A DNA stretch of 64,000 nt from a virus (Duplodnaviria > Caudoviricetes): the IMG/VR virus record IMGVR_UViG_3300042691_019112, positions 1,197 to 65,196 of that record. One strand, given 5' to 3'. Shown one piece after another: positions 26,226 through 36,011 of the stretch (position 1 is the first letter of the stretch; every line of letters begins with the position of its first letter). The notes beneath the pieces were generated by a model, which searched no databases, was not told where the DNA came from, and saw only the letters and a list, made by a program, of their open reading frames with translations. The position numbers and the translations under genes were made by a program.

Positions 26226-27252
26226 CCTATTCAGTGGTATAGGCGGCTTTGAAACTGCTGCCGAATGGATGGGATGGACAAACGTTGTTTCGTGCGAAAT
26301 AAACGAGTTTGGAAATCACGTACTTCAATACTACTGGCCTAACGCTTACCATCATTCGGACATTCATACTCTAACAGGAAATTTAATCAATGAGCAAGCA
26401 GAAAAAAAATTTGGTGAAAATTGGAGAGCAGGGGGGGTTATTCTCACAGGAGGCTTTCCATGCCAGCCGTTCAGCCTTGCAGGGCAAAGAAAAGGGACAG
26501 ACGATAACCGATACCTCTGGCCGGAAATGCTTAGAGTCATTCGGGAAGTTCAGCCGGATTACGTCGTGGCAGAAAATGTTTTCGGAATCCTTAATCTCGA
26601 TGGAGGGGTGGTTTTCGAGCAAGTGTGTGTTGACTTGGAAACTTCGGGCTACGAAGTTCAAACGTATGTACTTCCAGCTTGCGGTGTCAACGCTCCGCAC
26701 AGAAGGGATAGAGTTTGGTTTGTTGCCTACCGTAACATCGATGGACAGCACGGGAGCAACAGCCAACATGAAGTCAACGCAAGTGAAGGAAGGGTCAATG
26801 CACAGCGTGACACTTGCGAGAGCCTTAAGCATGAACCTACTTCCAACGCCAAGAGCGAACAAGGTCAATCAATGCGACTTAAACAGCGAGAATTTAGCAA
26901 GCCGGAACAAGGGAAATTTGGAGGAAACAATAGCGAAAATGGTTGTAAGCGGACTACTACCAACGCCAGCGACCAGGGATTACAAGGGGTCACGGTCAAC
27001 AGAAGCGTTAGAAGAAGCAGGAAGGAATCATACCAACAGCCTACCGGATTATTTCATCCAAACTGGGAAAAGTTCCCAACTCAATCCCCTGTTTGTAACG
27101 GAACTAATGGGGTTTCCTCCGAACTATCTTCTATTACCCTTTCTAAATGGCGAAGAGAAGCCATAAAGGCAATGGGTAATGCAATCGTCCCACAAGTAGC
27201 ATTTCAAATTTTCAAAGCAATACAACAAACTCATGACCAAAGACCAATTTGA
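26212..27252 (+). CDS. dcm: C5-cytosine DNA methyltransferase (motifs I-VIII and X)
   Basis: SLFSGIGG, GGFPCQPFS, ENV, HRRDRVW, GNAIVP. Confidence 0.92.
   Translation: MKVISLFSGIGGFETAAEWMGWTNVVSCEINEFGNHVLQYYWPNAYHHSDIHTLTGNLINEQAEKKFGENWRAGGVILTGGFPCQPFSLAGQRKGTDDNRYLWPEMLRVIREVQPDYVVAENVFGILNLDGGVVFEQVCVDLETSGYEVQTYVLPACGVNAPHRRDRVWFVAYRNIDGQHGSNSQHEVNASEGRVNAQRDTCESLKHEPTSNAKSEQGQSMRLKQREFSKPEQGKFGGNNSENGCKRTTTNASDQGLQGVTVNRSVRRSRKESYQQPTGLFHPNWEKFPTQSPVCNGTNGVSSELSSITLSKWRREAIKAMGNAIVPQVAFQIFKAIQQTHDQRPI
26390..27166 (+). CDS. alternative-frame polypeptide nested in the methyltransferase gene (putative second subunit)
   Basis: 258-codon open frame with three LLPT repeats and motif-IX-like QLNPLFVTELMGFP. 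Confidence 0.65.
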   Translation: MSKQKKNLVKIGEQGGLFSQEAFHASRSALQGKEKGQTITDTSGRKCLESFGKFSRITSWQKMFSESLISMEGWFSSKCVLTWKLRATKFKRMYFQLAVSTLRTEGIEFGLLPTVTSMDSTGATANMKSTQVKEGSMHSVTLARALSMNLLPTPRANKVNQCDLNSENLASRNKGNLEETIAKMVVSGLLPTPATRDYKGSRSTEALEEAGRNHTNSLPDYFIQTGKSSQLNPLFVTELMGFPPNYLLLPFLNGEEKP

Positions 27253-27973
27253 GGATTTAGTGAAAGCCCAAGACGGCAAACTCACATGGCGGTTAGCATC
27301 AGAGATAATACGCAATGTAGGCGTAAAAACCCTGCATAAAAACATCGGCATCGAAGCCATATATCTCATAAGCTACACCAACGCCTCTACATCAGTAAGC
27401 CACAACAGCTTCTACTCCCCCTTCCGTAGTGCCTTCAAGAAAGCAAGGCTATTCACCACATTCAAAAGACCTAAGCTCAACCGCTTCAAAGGCCAAAGCG
27501 ACGACGAACTACCCAAGTATGGCCTTCGCATGAGCCAAGAAGAGCTTGTGGCCTTCATTCAAAAGCACCGCGTTAACAAGGTTACATACAAGGATATTGC
27601 AGCCATGCTCAACATCTCGTCCGCCAGCCTATACCGTTATTCAGGCGGCTACTCCGACGGTATCAAGCACCTGCGTAACCAGCATTACAAGTCGCCTAAC
27701 GTACCGCGAAAGTTCGACAACTCGATTGTACGACATAGGGTGGAGAAGCCCGAATGTGAGGCTTTGCGCTTGTATAAGGATAAGTTTATGTCGGATATAC
27801 CCAACATTACGGAAGCAGATGTGGCCTTCATCAAAGCACGATACAGGGCGCATTTGACAGGCGACTTTAGGGATTTGCCACGTCACTACCAGCATCGTAG
27901 GCGCGTGGAGCTTAACTGCAATAAACTCGGTTGGACTGAACCTGTACGATACGAATGGCAGAAAGCAGTATGA
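27233..27973 (+). CDS. HTH-containing protein
   Basis: TYKDIAAMLNISSASLYRY. Confidence 0.65.
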   Translation: MTKDQFEDLVKAQDGKLTWRLASEIIRNVGVKTLHKNIGIEAIYLISYTNASTSVSHNSFYSPFRSAFKKARLFTTFKRPKLNRFKGQSDDELPKYGLRMSQEELVAFIQKHRVNKVTYKDIAAMLNISSASLYRYSGGYSDGIKHLRNQHYKSPNVPRKFDNSIVRHRVEKPECEALRLYKDKFMSDIPNITEADVAFIKARYRAHLTGDFRDLPRHYQHRRRVELNCNKLGWTEPVRYEWQKAV

Positions 27974-28647
27974 TAACAGGCTACAAGGACAAGCACGAAT
28001 ATACCGATGAGCGCGGGATTCATTCCGTTGTTTACCTCATGGACTGCATGGATTTAATGCAGCAATTGCCCGATAAATCAATCCAGCTTGCTTGCGTTGA
28101 CCCTCCTTATGGGATTGGGGTTAATATATCAATGGGAAGAAGAAAGGGTGATAAAAAAAGCGATTACCATAAATTTTACGGTAAAGATTTAAGCATACCG
28201 CCAAAAGAGTATTTTGATTTTTTAAAGAAAGTTTCTGTTAATCAGATTGTTTGGGGTGGTAATTATATGACAGAATATCTTCCACCTTCATCATGCTGGC
28301 TTTTGTGGGATAAATTATTTTCTGAAGATGTAACCTTTGCTCAATTTGAATTAGCATGGACTTCTTTTGATTCAAGCGCAAAAAAATTCGACAAGCACCC
28401 TGCAGAAGCTAACCGCATTCACCCAACCCAAAAACCGACCGGTCTTTATAATTGGATTTTTGCACGATACGCAAAAGAAGGCGATACCATCTTAGACACT
28501 CACTTAGGTAGTGGCTCCAGCCGCATTTCAGCCGCTAAGGCAGGACTTCCGTTTATAGGTTGTGAATTGGATAGCGAGTATTTCTACCAGCATTGCAAGC
28601 GATTTGACGCATTCACAGCGCAAAAAACGATACTATTCCCAAAGTAA
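27970..28647 (+). CDS. N6-adenine or N4-cytosine DNA methyltransferase (beta class)
   Basis: DPPY, HPTQKP, ILDTHLGSGS, GCELD. Confidence 0.9.
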   Translation: MITGYKDKHEYTDERGIHSVVYLMDCMDLMQQLPDKSIQLACVDPPYGIGVNISMGRRKGDKKSDYHKFYGKDLSIPPKEYFDFLKKVSVNQIVWGGNYMTEYLPPSSCWLLWDKLFSEDVTFAQFELAWTSFDSSAKKFDKHPAEANRIHPTQKPTGLYNWIFARYAKEGDTILDTHLGSGSSRISAAKAGLPFIGCELDSEYFYQHCKRFDAFTAQKTILFPK

Positions 28648-28652
28648 AAACA

Positions 28653-28686
28653 AGAAAGCCACCCCGATAAAGAGGTGGCTTCTTTG
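28653..28686. terminator. terminator between the two genome halves
   Basis: AAGCCACC-ccgataaaga-GGTGGCTT flanked by A and T runs. Confidence 0.65.
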
Positions 28687-31600
28687 TTATCGCCTCTTAC
28701 GAAGCAGCTCCATCTCGTCAATAGCGAAGTCCTCACTATCAAACCCAGCAGCCTCCGCAGCATCAGGGTTCCTATTCATGCTCACCCTAAAGTGCGCACG
28801 CTTCCTCGCATCAGCCTTAACGCCCTTCAACACCTTACCCACGTAGTTCTCCTTAATCATATCAGGCGTAATCTCAAAGTCTAAGTCAAACAGCTTCTTC
28901 TCCATCTCCGCATACTTAGCCCTACTCGCCTCATCCTTAAACACAGGGATACCATCCTCAACCCTATCCAGCTTCTTACGTAGCTTATACACCTCGCCAA
29001 AAGCCTCTATCAACTCCACATGAGGTACTAATCCCTCTCTTGTATAGTCCGCACTTAGCTTCTTATACAGCTCATACTCCGTATCGTTCATAGGGCGCGA
29101 TTCCATAGTGTTGTAGTTCACGATACCTACTTCCGGCACTTTCGGCACTCCCACGCTAACACCTGCTTCGGTAAAAGCCTTATACAACCTACCTACTACC
29201 GACGTATCTTCTTCCATCGTTTCAAACGGCAACACCGCCTGCTTCTCGGTTATAGGCATACCCAAGCTGTTATACACCACCCCATACTCACCCCTGATAA
29301 CAGGTATCGTAGTACCAACACGCATGAGGCTATTCTTCAACCCTGCCTCCAGTCCACCGTAATCCTTAGACCTCGACAGGTTGCCTCTTTTAGGCTCTTC
29401 TACCATCTCGTAGAACTGCCTCATGCCTTGCTGCCATAACCCCGAACCGACAGGCGTTAAGGTCATCACCTTGCGGATAGTGGATTCGGTAAGTTCTTGC
29501 GGTATGCTCCTGCCTTTTGTTGTAACTACCGCAGGGTTAATCAAACCTACAAGGCCGACCATATTACCCCACCATGTACCATCGTTGATATATTTGGCAA
29601 GTCGGCTTAAAACAAGCATGGCAACATTCTCACCCTCCTTAGCTCCATATCGCTTGTAATCCATAAGACCCCCATAGAAAGCTAAAATGGGAGCAATAGG
29701 CCAGTCTTTGTAGCTGATACGGGTATCGCCAATCTTCACCGAGTACTCCATATATCCCGGTATCTCCCTGTTCTTGTTGTAGTCGTAAGTACCGCCAGCC
29801 GTAATCTCCATCGTCTGCTCTTCATCCTCTCCGTTGTCGAACATCATCAAGGCCATTATCAAAGCTGTACCCATCATACCTTTGGCTAACACCTCATACC
29901 TTTCGTAGCCTGCCATCTCCTTAGAGTATTTAGCGAAGGGGCTTCCTGCATTAGCCTTCTTGCCTAAGCCACCGATAACGGACGTTTCACCCATGATACC
30001 ACGGACTAACCCCCAAGGCGTTGCGTCTATCTGTTGGTTAAGCACGTTGATAGGTATGTTAACGAAAGGAATGATATACTTGAGCAAAGGTATCTTAGCC
30101 CTCCACCTGTTAAGCCACCTTGATAGCAGCCCTAATGTGCCTTCGGGTACGTAGTTATAGGTGAGCATTGCACCTTGCCTGCTTGCGTCGGCTAACATAC
30201 CTGCATCACCCATCCTCTCCCTGAAAGCCTGCATATACTCACGTTGCAACTGCTTCATCTTAACCTTCCCAATAGTCTTACCTTGAGCTGCAAGGTCTTT
30301 TTGCGCCTCCGCTAAGAACTTGGCCATATTGGGTTGGTCGTTGAATAGGTAGTTCTCTTGGGCGTATTGCATCACCTCTTTAGATGTAACCTTACCACCG
30401 CCTTTCCTCTCTTTGACCGCTTGGTATGCAGCAATAACAGCGTCGGTGTATAAAGCACTCTCCCTGCCTGCACCAAAGAAGAGAACGTCGGTAGCGGCTA
30501 AAAGCCGTGGCATATACTTAGCGACAGGATATGTTCCTGCTGTTGCCACCCTAAGTACTGCATTACCTACCTTTTTCCACGCTTCTGCATCACCACTAAC
30601 AGGCATCATGTCCATAACCTCCTTGAAGCTCTTGCGCTCGATAAGCCTACGTGGCTCAACACCAAAGCCTCGGTCGTACTGCTTACCGCTAACAATAACA
30701 TCCTTAGCGTGTTCCAAGTTATTAGCAACACCCTGTATAAAGCCTACCAACCCTTGTGAAGCAAGTTTGAAATCCTTAGTGTTATAAAGCAGGTAGAAAA
30801 ATGCGGGAAACTGCTTAGTAAGCGTATTATACACAAGGCCAAAGGCGTTACGTGCCGACGTGCTAAAGCCTGACAGCATACTACCAAACCACACGTCCTC
30901 TAAGTACTGCATAACGGTATCGCCACCAGTACTGTTAGCCACGTAGTCGGCCATATCCTGCAAAGCCTGCGTCCGCTCACCCTCCGTCTTGGCCTCATCA
31001 ATAGCCTTCCTGTAATCCGTAACCTTAGTGTCGAAGTCGGAAGGTAACTCCGTGCCTATAACCTCACCCAAAGCATTCTTCACGGCTTTGTCAACCGGAT
31101 AACCCTTCTTGATAAGGTCTAACAGCTTGGCCGATATAGCCTCTCTCTCTTCTTTGGTTAGTGGCGTACCATCAACTCTCGCCTTGGCCAGCTTATTGAT
31201 AATCGCCTCAACCGCTTTCTTCTTGGCATCTTCGACCTTCTTGTTTACATAGTCGTCGATAGCCCTTGCGATACTGTTGGCTTGCTCTTGAGTGAGGCCA
31301 TCAATATCGGAATGTAGTTGCTGGGCTAAGGTCTTTCCGATAAGGTTGTTAGGGTTATGCTCTTGCACCACCTTACGTACCTGCACCCTCAAGTCGCTAA
31401 GCGTCCGCTTGACAAAAGCCTCTTTCTCCTTCTCCGTTAGGTTGTCGATGTTCTTAGCTTCGTCTATCTCCGCTTGCTTCACGTCAGATAGCATCTCTTC
31501 AATCTTAGCGCGGAAGTCGTCGCTTTGTTTGTCGGTGAAGGTCTTAGCTTCTTCGGGACTTAGCGTGTTTATAGCGGCTTTGTTCGCGGCTTCCATAGCC

Positions 31601-34600
31601 TTGTTTACCGCTTGAGCGAAGGAAGCACCGCCTTTAACCGCTACGATAGCTGCGTCTATACCTGCATTCCACACCAATACGAAAACGCCTCCCGAATACA
31701 TCTTACCGCTAACGTCGGCTTTCAGCTTCTCCAGCTTCTCGATAGCCTTATTACGCACTTTTTTTATCGCCTCTGCGCGTGTTTTAGCTATCGCCTTCTC
31801 GTTGCCTTCGGAAGCCCTACGACTGTTGCCTTGCATCTGATTGAAGGCTACCTCCATCGCTGCTTCTACGGGCTTGGACGTTACCGCCTCCCTACGTGCA
31901 TTCTTGACTGCCGTGTCGTATTCGGCAACCACATCTACAATGCGATTCCTTGCTTTCTCCCACCGCTTCATGACGATAGAGTGGGCTATCTGACGCATGG
32001 AAGCACTTGCGGTAGATGCAGGCATCAACTCTAAGAAGCGAAGGAAGCTAGTAGCCTGACCAAAGTCTGTACCCCTCGTTCCGATATAAGCAAGCACTTC
32101 GTCGCGCTGTTCGATGTACTTATCCTTTTTTGATGGATCTGTTTCCTGCTCCGCAAGTTGGTTGAGGTGCGACGCATACATGATGGACAAGGCCATCTTG
32201 ACTGCTGGGTGAACGCTGTTGTCGCGGCTTATCAATACCGCTACCGCGTCGGGGTTGTTAAGTTCCGCCCATATAGCCTTGGCATCAGCTATCAGTTTCT
32301 CGTCGGGGTAAGTGTCGTATAACAAGATGTCACGACCATGCTTGTCTTCAATCTTGGTTATGCTGTCCTTAACACCTTGTGGAAGGTTCTTGATGAAGCC
32401 CCTCTCTTTCTTCTTTCCAGTAGGACCAAACCTTGTAGCATCGAAGTCGTCATCGTCTGATTCAGGTTCGGGCTTAGGTTCGGGTTCAGGCTTAGGGTTG
32501 GAAGCGTCGTAGTATTCCGCAAGCATATCTTCCGTTGGATTCTCGTTGTCGTCGTCCATGAAGTGCTGCGCGGCTTTGTATATACGCCTCATAGCGTCGT
32601 TCATGCCTTTGTTCCGCTCTTTGAGGTACTGCTCAAGGTCGGATAAAGTGCGGATAGTGCCGTTCTTGATTAGGCGAATGAGGGCTTTGAGTGCGGCAAT
32701 ATCGGCTTTGGCTTGCTGGTATGGGTCGGATATGATGCCCATATTCTGAAAACCTTTGAAGTAGTCGCGCAACGCTTGCTTATCCGCTTCAATCTGCTTG
32801 TCGATAGGCATATCTAAATACTTCTGCGCCTTCATTAGATTGTCCATATAGGACTTGAAGGCAGCAACAAACTTATCATTCAGTTCGGCAATGGTATTGT
32901 TAACGATGGTTTCAGCTAACAAAGGGGTTGTACCTCTAACCTCCTCTGCTCTTTTATATGCTTCATCTAACGCTTTAGATTCATATTCTGGCATCTTACC
33001 CACCATATCAATAGCATCGAAGGTGAGTTTATCTTTAATGAAAGCCGCGTATTTATCCTTCTCCTTTTGGTCGAGTTCAATATCGGTAAAAGCACTATTG
33101 AAGTTTCGTATCGCATTACTTACGGCATCATCAAACAGCTTAATCAACTTTCCTGCTGCTTCTTGCGCCCCTTTGTCTTTGTTCGCCTTAGCCTGCTCAA
33201 GCATCTTCTTGGCCTGCTCAACGTTGGCTTTATTAGCCACAAAGTCGGCAATAACGCCTAAGTCGAAATAGGGTGCAGGGAGTGTACGTAGTGAGGTTAT
33301 GGCGGATTTGGTGCGCACACCACCCTCCACGCTTTTAGGCATGGCGTTAACCATCTTCAAGGCTTCGTTAGGGTCGGACAAGTTCAAGTCGTAAACGCTA
33401 TTGCCTACCTTAACCGTTATTAAAACACCTTTTTGATGATATTCATCAAGGTCGTCACGGAATTTGTATCCAGAAACGTATGTCTTAACTCTATCAATAG
33501 CCTTAGCGTCTAATCCTGCATCGCGTAACGCTTGGGCTGCTGCTTCGTAATCATCAATCCTTATGTAGCCATTCTCTTTCTTGCTATCAGGAAACTTCTC
33601 ATGCAGGATAGCCACCGCCTTACGCACCGCCTCCTGCACCGCCTCCGTGATAGCCTTGTTCTTAGCCTTGGCCTCCTTGGCGGTAATCTTCGCTAACGTG
33701 CCGCCTAACTCTTTGGCTGCCTCTGCTTGGGCGACCGCTTCGTCGATAAGTCGGTCTGCTCCTGCGATAACTTCATTGAGTTCAACTTCGTCTGCGCTGT
33801 CAGCCTTGCTCTCAAGGCTCTCAACAATACGTGTTCTTCCATCGGTTACTTTTTCTTTGGTTTTGCTTTTACCTTTTCCGGCAGTTTTTTTAGGTTCTGC
33901 TTGGGGTGTTCCTCCCTCCACCTTTTCGCCATCTCTGGCTTGTTGGCCTGCATCCACGCCAACTGCTTCTTGCTTCTGAACGGCATTTATATTTTTTGGT
34001 TTGGTTAAATCATCTCCTTTGAACATAGAAGAGTAAATAGAGCGCATCTCATCGTTGAGCTTAATATCTATTTCGCTATCTACGATTCCATTGTAAATAC
34101 TTGTAAGCCATTGCTTAAACTTTTCAAAAACCTTATTTAGTTCAGATATTGGAGAATTACCCTCTGATAAATACTTCTCAAATCCCCTTGCAAAGTATTC
34201 ACTTGCTTCTGTGTTCCACTCTTTCGTTCCTGCGTTTCTTAATACAACAGACTTTTCAGTATCAGTGAGGTAGTGTTCAAATACATGAGCCAACTCATGA
34301 AGAGGAGTGGAAACATTTGGACTTGTGAGTGCATAGATTGTAGCTTGTCCATCCATAGCTATCATCATTGCACCTTTAGCACTTACAGCATCTCTTTGAA
34401 ATCTTATTGCATCTTCTATGGTTACTGCATTTTCATCAAATACTACATAATTGAAGCCTTTTTTATCGCTATTCGATGCGCTTATTGCTCTTGCTACACT
34501 ATCGGTAGGATACTTTATGCCATCTATTCCTGCGCGAAGAAGAAATAGAGATGCTTCCTTTTGGCTTCCATATATGCTTTCTAATAACCTATAAACCTGC

Positions 34601-35529
34601 TTTCCTTCACTATCATAGCTATCTTCTGTTGCAGATTTAATTTGCTTATACCCAAATGAATCAACCTTGCGTTCCGCCTGTAATTGTTTTATTATTTTTT
34701 CCTGTTGGTCTTTAGAGAAAGGTTTATTCCATTCTAACCAACTGTATTGTTCAGGCGTTTTCCCTTTGTGAATTGCGACTTTATACAGATTGCGCTTAGG
34801 AGTTACTTTTACATTAGTTGCGTTACTTATCAATAAAGAATCCTCCTTAGTGATGTAACCACCATCAAGAGCTTTCTCAATAGCCCTTTCTGTAAATGCA
34901 CTTTTATTTAATGGCTGACCTGGAACATAGCTTTGGTACATAGAAATCCATCCCTTTAGCGTTCCGTCTGGTATTTCTACTCCATCTATTTCTATATCGT
35001 ACTCTCTCGCCAATTCATCAGCATAACCTTTGGCTATACTTTCTACATCTGTAAAATATAACCCCCAACCAAACATTTGTGCGCCTTCTCCGGCACCCAT
35101 GTATTTGGTTGAAAACTTATCAAACATATAAGGGCTTCCATGCCAAGCATCTACTTGCATTTTTACGCCTTTTGGTAAGTCTTGTAATGTTGATTTCTCA
35201 AACTTTAGCTTACTATATATTTCAGACTTAGGAACGCCTGCACGCTTAGCCATTGCTCCTATCATTTTATCCATAGCGATAGCTGATGCTAAAGATTCAA
35301 CCCTATTAAGTCCAAATAATACTCTATTTGCGTTATACAAATCGCGCATATTTTGAACAGAAGTAGATGTCTTAGATGCTAAAAAGGTAATATCTACCTC
35401 TTGCTTCTGAACGGCATCTTTACTCTTTTTAGCTTTCCAAAACTCTGGGTTATTCAACAAATAAAGCCGCATCTCGTCATACGATAGCGGCTTGTCACTC
35501 CCTTCAATAAAAAACTCGCAAGCCTTCAT
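28687..35529 (-). CDS. giant polyvalent virion (ejected) protein, 2280 aa, with ADP-ribosyltransferase-like and zincin domains
   Basis: AWHGSP...FGWGLYFT...GIDGIKY...YVVFD; PLHELAH...EYFARGFE; long helical C-terminal part. Confidence 0.85.
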   Translation of the reverse strand: MKACEFFIEGSDKPLSYDEMRLYLLNNPEFWKAKKSKDAVQKQEVDITFLASKTSTSVQNMRDLYNANRVLFGLNRVESLASAIAMDKMIGAMAKRAGVPKSEIYSKLKFEKSTLQDLPKGVKMQVDAWHGSPYMFDKFSTKYMGAGEGAQMFGWGLYFTDVESIAKGYADELAREYDIEIDGVEIPDGTLKGWISMYQSYVPGQPLNKSAFTERAIEKALDGGYITKEDSLLISNATNVKVTPKRNLYKVAIHKGKTPEQYSWLEWNKPFSKDQQEKIIKQLQAERKVDSFGYKQIKSATEDSYDSEGKQVYRLLESIYGSQKEASLFLLRAGIDGIKYPTDSVARAISASNSDKKGFNYVVFDENAVTIEDAIRFQRDAVSAKGAMMIAMDGQATIYALTSPNVSTPLHELAHVFEHYLTDTEKSVVLRNAGTKEWNTEASEYFARGFEKYLSEGNSPISELNKVFEKFKQWLTSIYNGIVDSEIDIKLNDEMRSIYSSMFKGDDLTKPKNINAVQKQEAVGVDAGQQARDGEKVEGGTPQAEPKKTAGKGKSKTKEKVTDGRTRIVESLESKADSADEVELNEVIAGADRLIDEAVAQAEAAKELGGTLAKITAKEAKAKNKAITEAVQEAVRKAVAILHEKFPDSKKENGYIRIDDYEAAAQALRDAGLDAKAIDRVKTYVSGYKFRDDLDEYHQKGVLITVKVGNSVYDLNLSDPNEALKMVNAMPKSVEGGVRTKSAITSLRTLPAPYFDLGVIADFVANKANVEQAKKMLEQAKANKDKGAQEAAGKLIKLFDDAVSNAIRNFNSAFTDIELDQKEKDKYAAFIKDKLTFDAIDMVGKMPEYESKALDEAYKRAEEVRGTTPLLAETIVNNTIAELNDKFVAAFKSYMDNLMKAQKYLDMPIDKQIEADKQALRDYFKGFQNMGIISDPYQQAKADIAALKALIRLIKNGTIRTLSDLEQYLKERNKGMNDAMRRIYKAAQHFMDDDNENPTEDMLAEYYDASNPKPEPEPKPEPESDDDDFDATRFGPTGKKKERGFIKNLPQGVKDSITKIEDKHGRDILLYDTYPDEKLIADAKAIWAELNNPDAVAVLISRDNSVHPAVKMALSIMYASHLNQLAEQETDPSKKDKYIEQRDEVLAYIGTRGTDFGQATSFLRFLELMPASTASASMRQIAHSIVMKRWEKARNRIVDVVAEYDTAVKNARREAVTSKPVEAAMEVAFNQMQGNSRRASEGNEKAIAKTRAEAIKKVRNKAIEKLEKLKADVSGKMYSGGVFVLVWNAGIDAAIVAVKGGASFAQAVNKAMEAANKAAINTLSPEEAKTFTDKQSDDFRAKIEEMLSDVKQAEIDEAKNIDNLTEKEKEAFVKRTLSDLRVQVRKVVQEHNPNNLIGKTLAQQLHSDIDGLTQEQANSIARAIDDYVNKKVEDAKKKAVEAIINKLAKARVDGTPLTKEEREAISAKLLDLIKKGYPVDKAVKNALGEVIGTELPSDFDTKVTDYRKAIDEAKTEGERTQALQDMADYVANSTGGDTVMQYLEDVWFGSMLSGFSTSARNAFGLVYNTLTKQFPAFFYLLYNTKDFKLASQGLVGFIQGVANNLEHAKDVIVSGKQYDRGFGVEPRRLIERKSFKEVMDMMPVSGDAEAWKKVGNAVLRVATAGTYPVAKYMPRLLAATDVLFFGAGRESALYTDAVIAAYQAVKERKGGGKVTSKEVMQYAQENYLFNDQPNMAKFLAEAQKDLAAQGKTIGKVKMKQLQREYMQAFRERMGDAGMLADASRQGAMLTYNYVPEGTLGLLSRWLNRWRAKIPLLKYIIPFVNIPINVLNQQIDATPWGLVRGIMGETSVIGGLGKKANAGSPFAKYSKEMAGYERYEVLAKGMMGTALIMALMMFDNGEDEEQTMEITAGGTYDYNKNREIPGYMEYSVKIGDTRISYKDWPIAPILAFYGGLMDYKRYGAKEGENVAMLVLSRLAKYINDGTWWGNMVGLVGLINPAVVTTKGRSIPQELTESTIRKVMTLTPVGSGLWQQGMRQFYEMVEEPKRGNLSRSKDYGGLEAGLKNSLMRVGTTIPVIRGEYGVVYNSLGMPITEKQAVLPFETMEEDTSVVGRLYKAFTEAGVSVGVPKVPEVGIVNYNTMESRPMNDTEYELYKKLSADYTREGLVPHVELIEAFGEVYKLRKKLDRVEDGIPVFKDEASRAKYAEMEKKLFDLDFEITPDMIKENYVGKVLKGVKADARKRAHFRVSMNRNPDAAEAAGFDSEDFAIDEMELLRKRR
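33846..33986 (-). CDS. overprinted small basic protein (46 aa)
   Basis: Hand-translated MPFRSKKQLAWMQANKPEMAKRWREEHPKQNLKKLPEKVKAKPKKK*, A-rich leader. Confidence 0.7.
   Translation of the reverse strand: MPFRSKKQLAWMQANKPEMAKRWREEHPKQNLKKLPEKVKAKPKKK
33968..35417 (-). mobile_element. in-frame AT-rich module bounded by 19-bp direct repeats
   Basis: TCTTGCTTCTGAACGGCAT at 33968-33986 and 35399-35417, 1431 bp apart. Confidence 0.65.
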
Positions 35530-36011
35530 TATCCTTTAAGGTATTCGTCAAACAAAATAACACCCTCCTTACCACTCGCAATACTCAACCTGCTGATAAG
35601 GTCTCCATACTCACCCACACTCTCCCTCTGCTTCTCTACAAACCACAATACAGCCTGCTTCACCGATACCGACGATTCATCCCATATCTTCTCATACAGG
35701 CGAAGTAAGTCTAACTCCATGTCGTAGGCATCTTGTAAGATACCCATAAGTTCCTCGGATTCAAACTCAACCTCTTCAATCATAGGCATCTCGGCTTCGT
35801 CGCCAAAGTCGTTCATCACGTCGCGTAACCGCTTGTAGTGGTCAATCTCCTGCGCTGCCTCTTGTTCAAAGAAGGCTTGCGCACCGAAGAGGCCGTGCTT
35901 TTGGGTACACGATGCAGCGTACAGGTAGAAGTGGGAAGCGTACAGCTCGGATTGTACGGCTCGGTTTAGGGCTTTGCGCTCCTTGTCTGTGAGTAATGAT
36001 TTTATGGACAT
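35529..36011 (-). CDS. ferritin-like protein
   Basis: LN.....ELYAS..Y, G...FF..EA.QE..H, E, WFVEKQRES. Confidence 0.85.
   Translation of the reverse strand: MSIKSLLTDKERKALNRAVQSELYASHFYLYAASCTQKHGLFGAQAFFEQEAAQEIDHYKRLRDVMNDFGDEAEMPMIEEVEFESEELMGILQDAYDMELDLLRLYEKIWDESSVSVKQAVLWFVEKQRESVGEYGDLISRLSIASGKEGVILFDEYLKG

Noticed and set aside
29423-33979. Many + strand ORFs opposite the giant gene
   Set aside because: Antisense frames typical of Ala/Lys/Glu-rich genes, without motifs or credible starts
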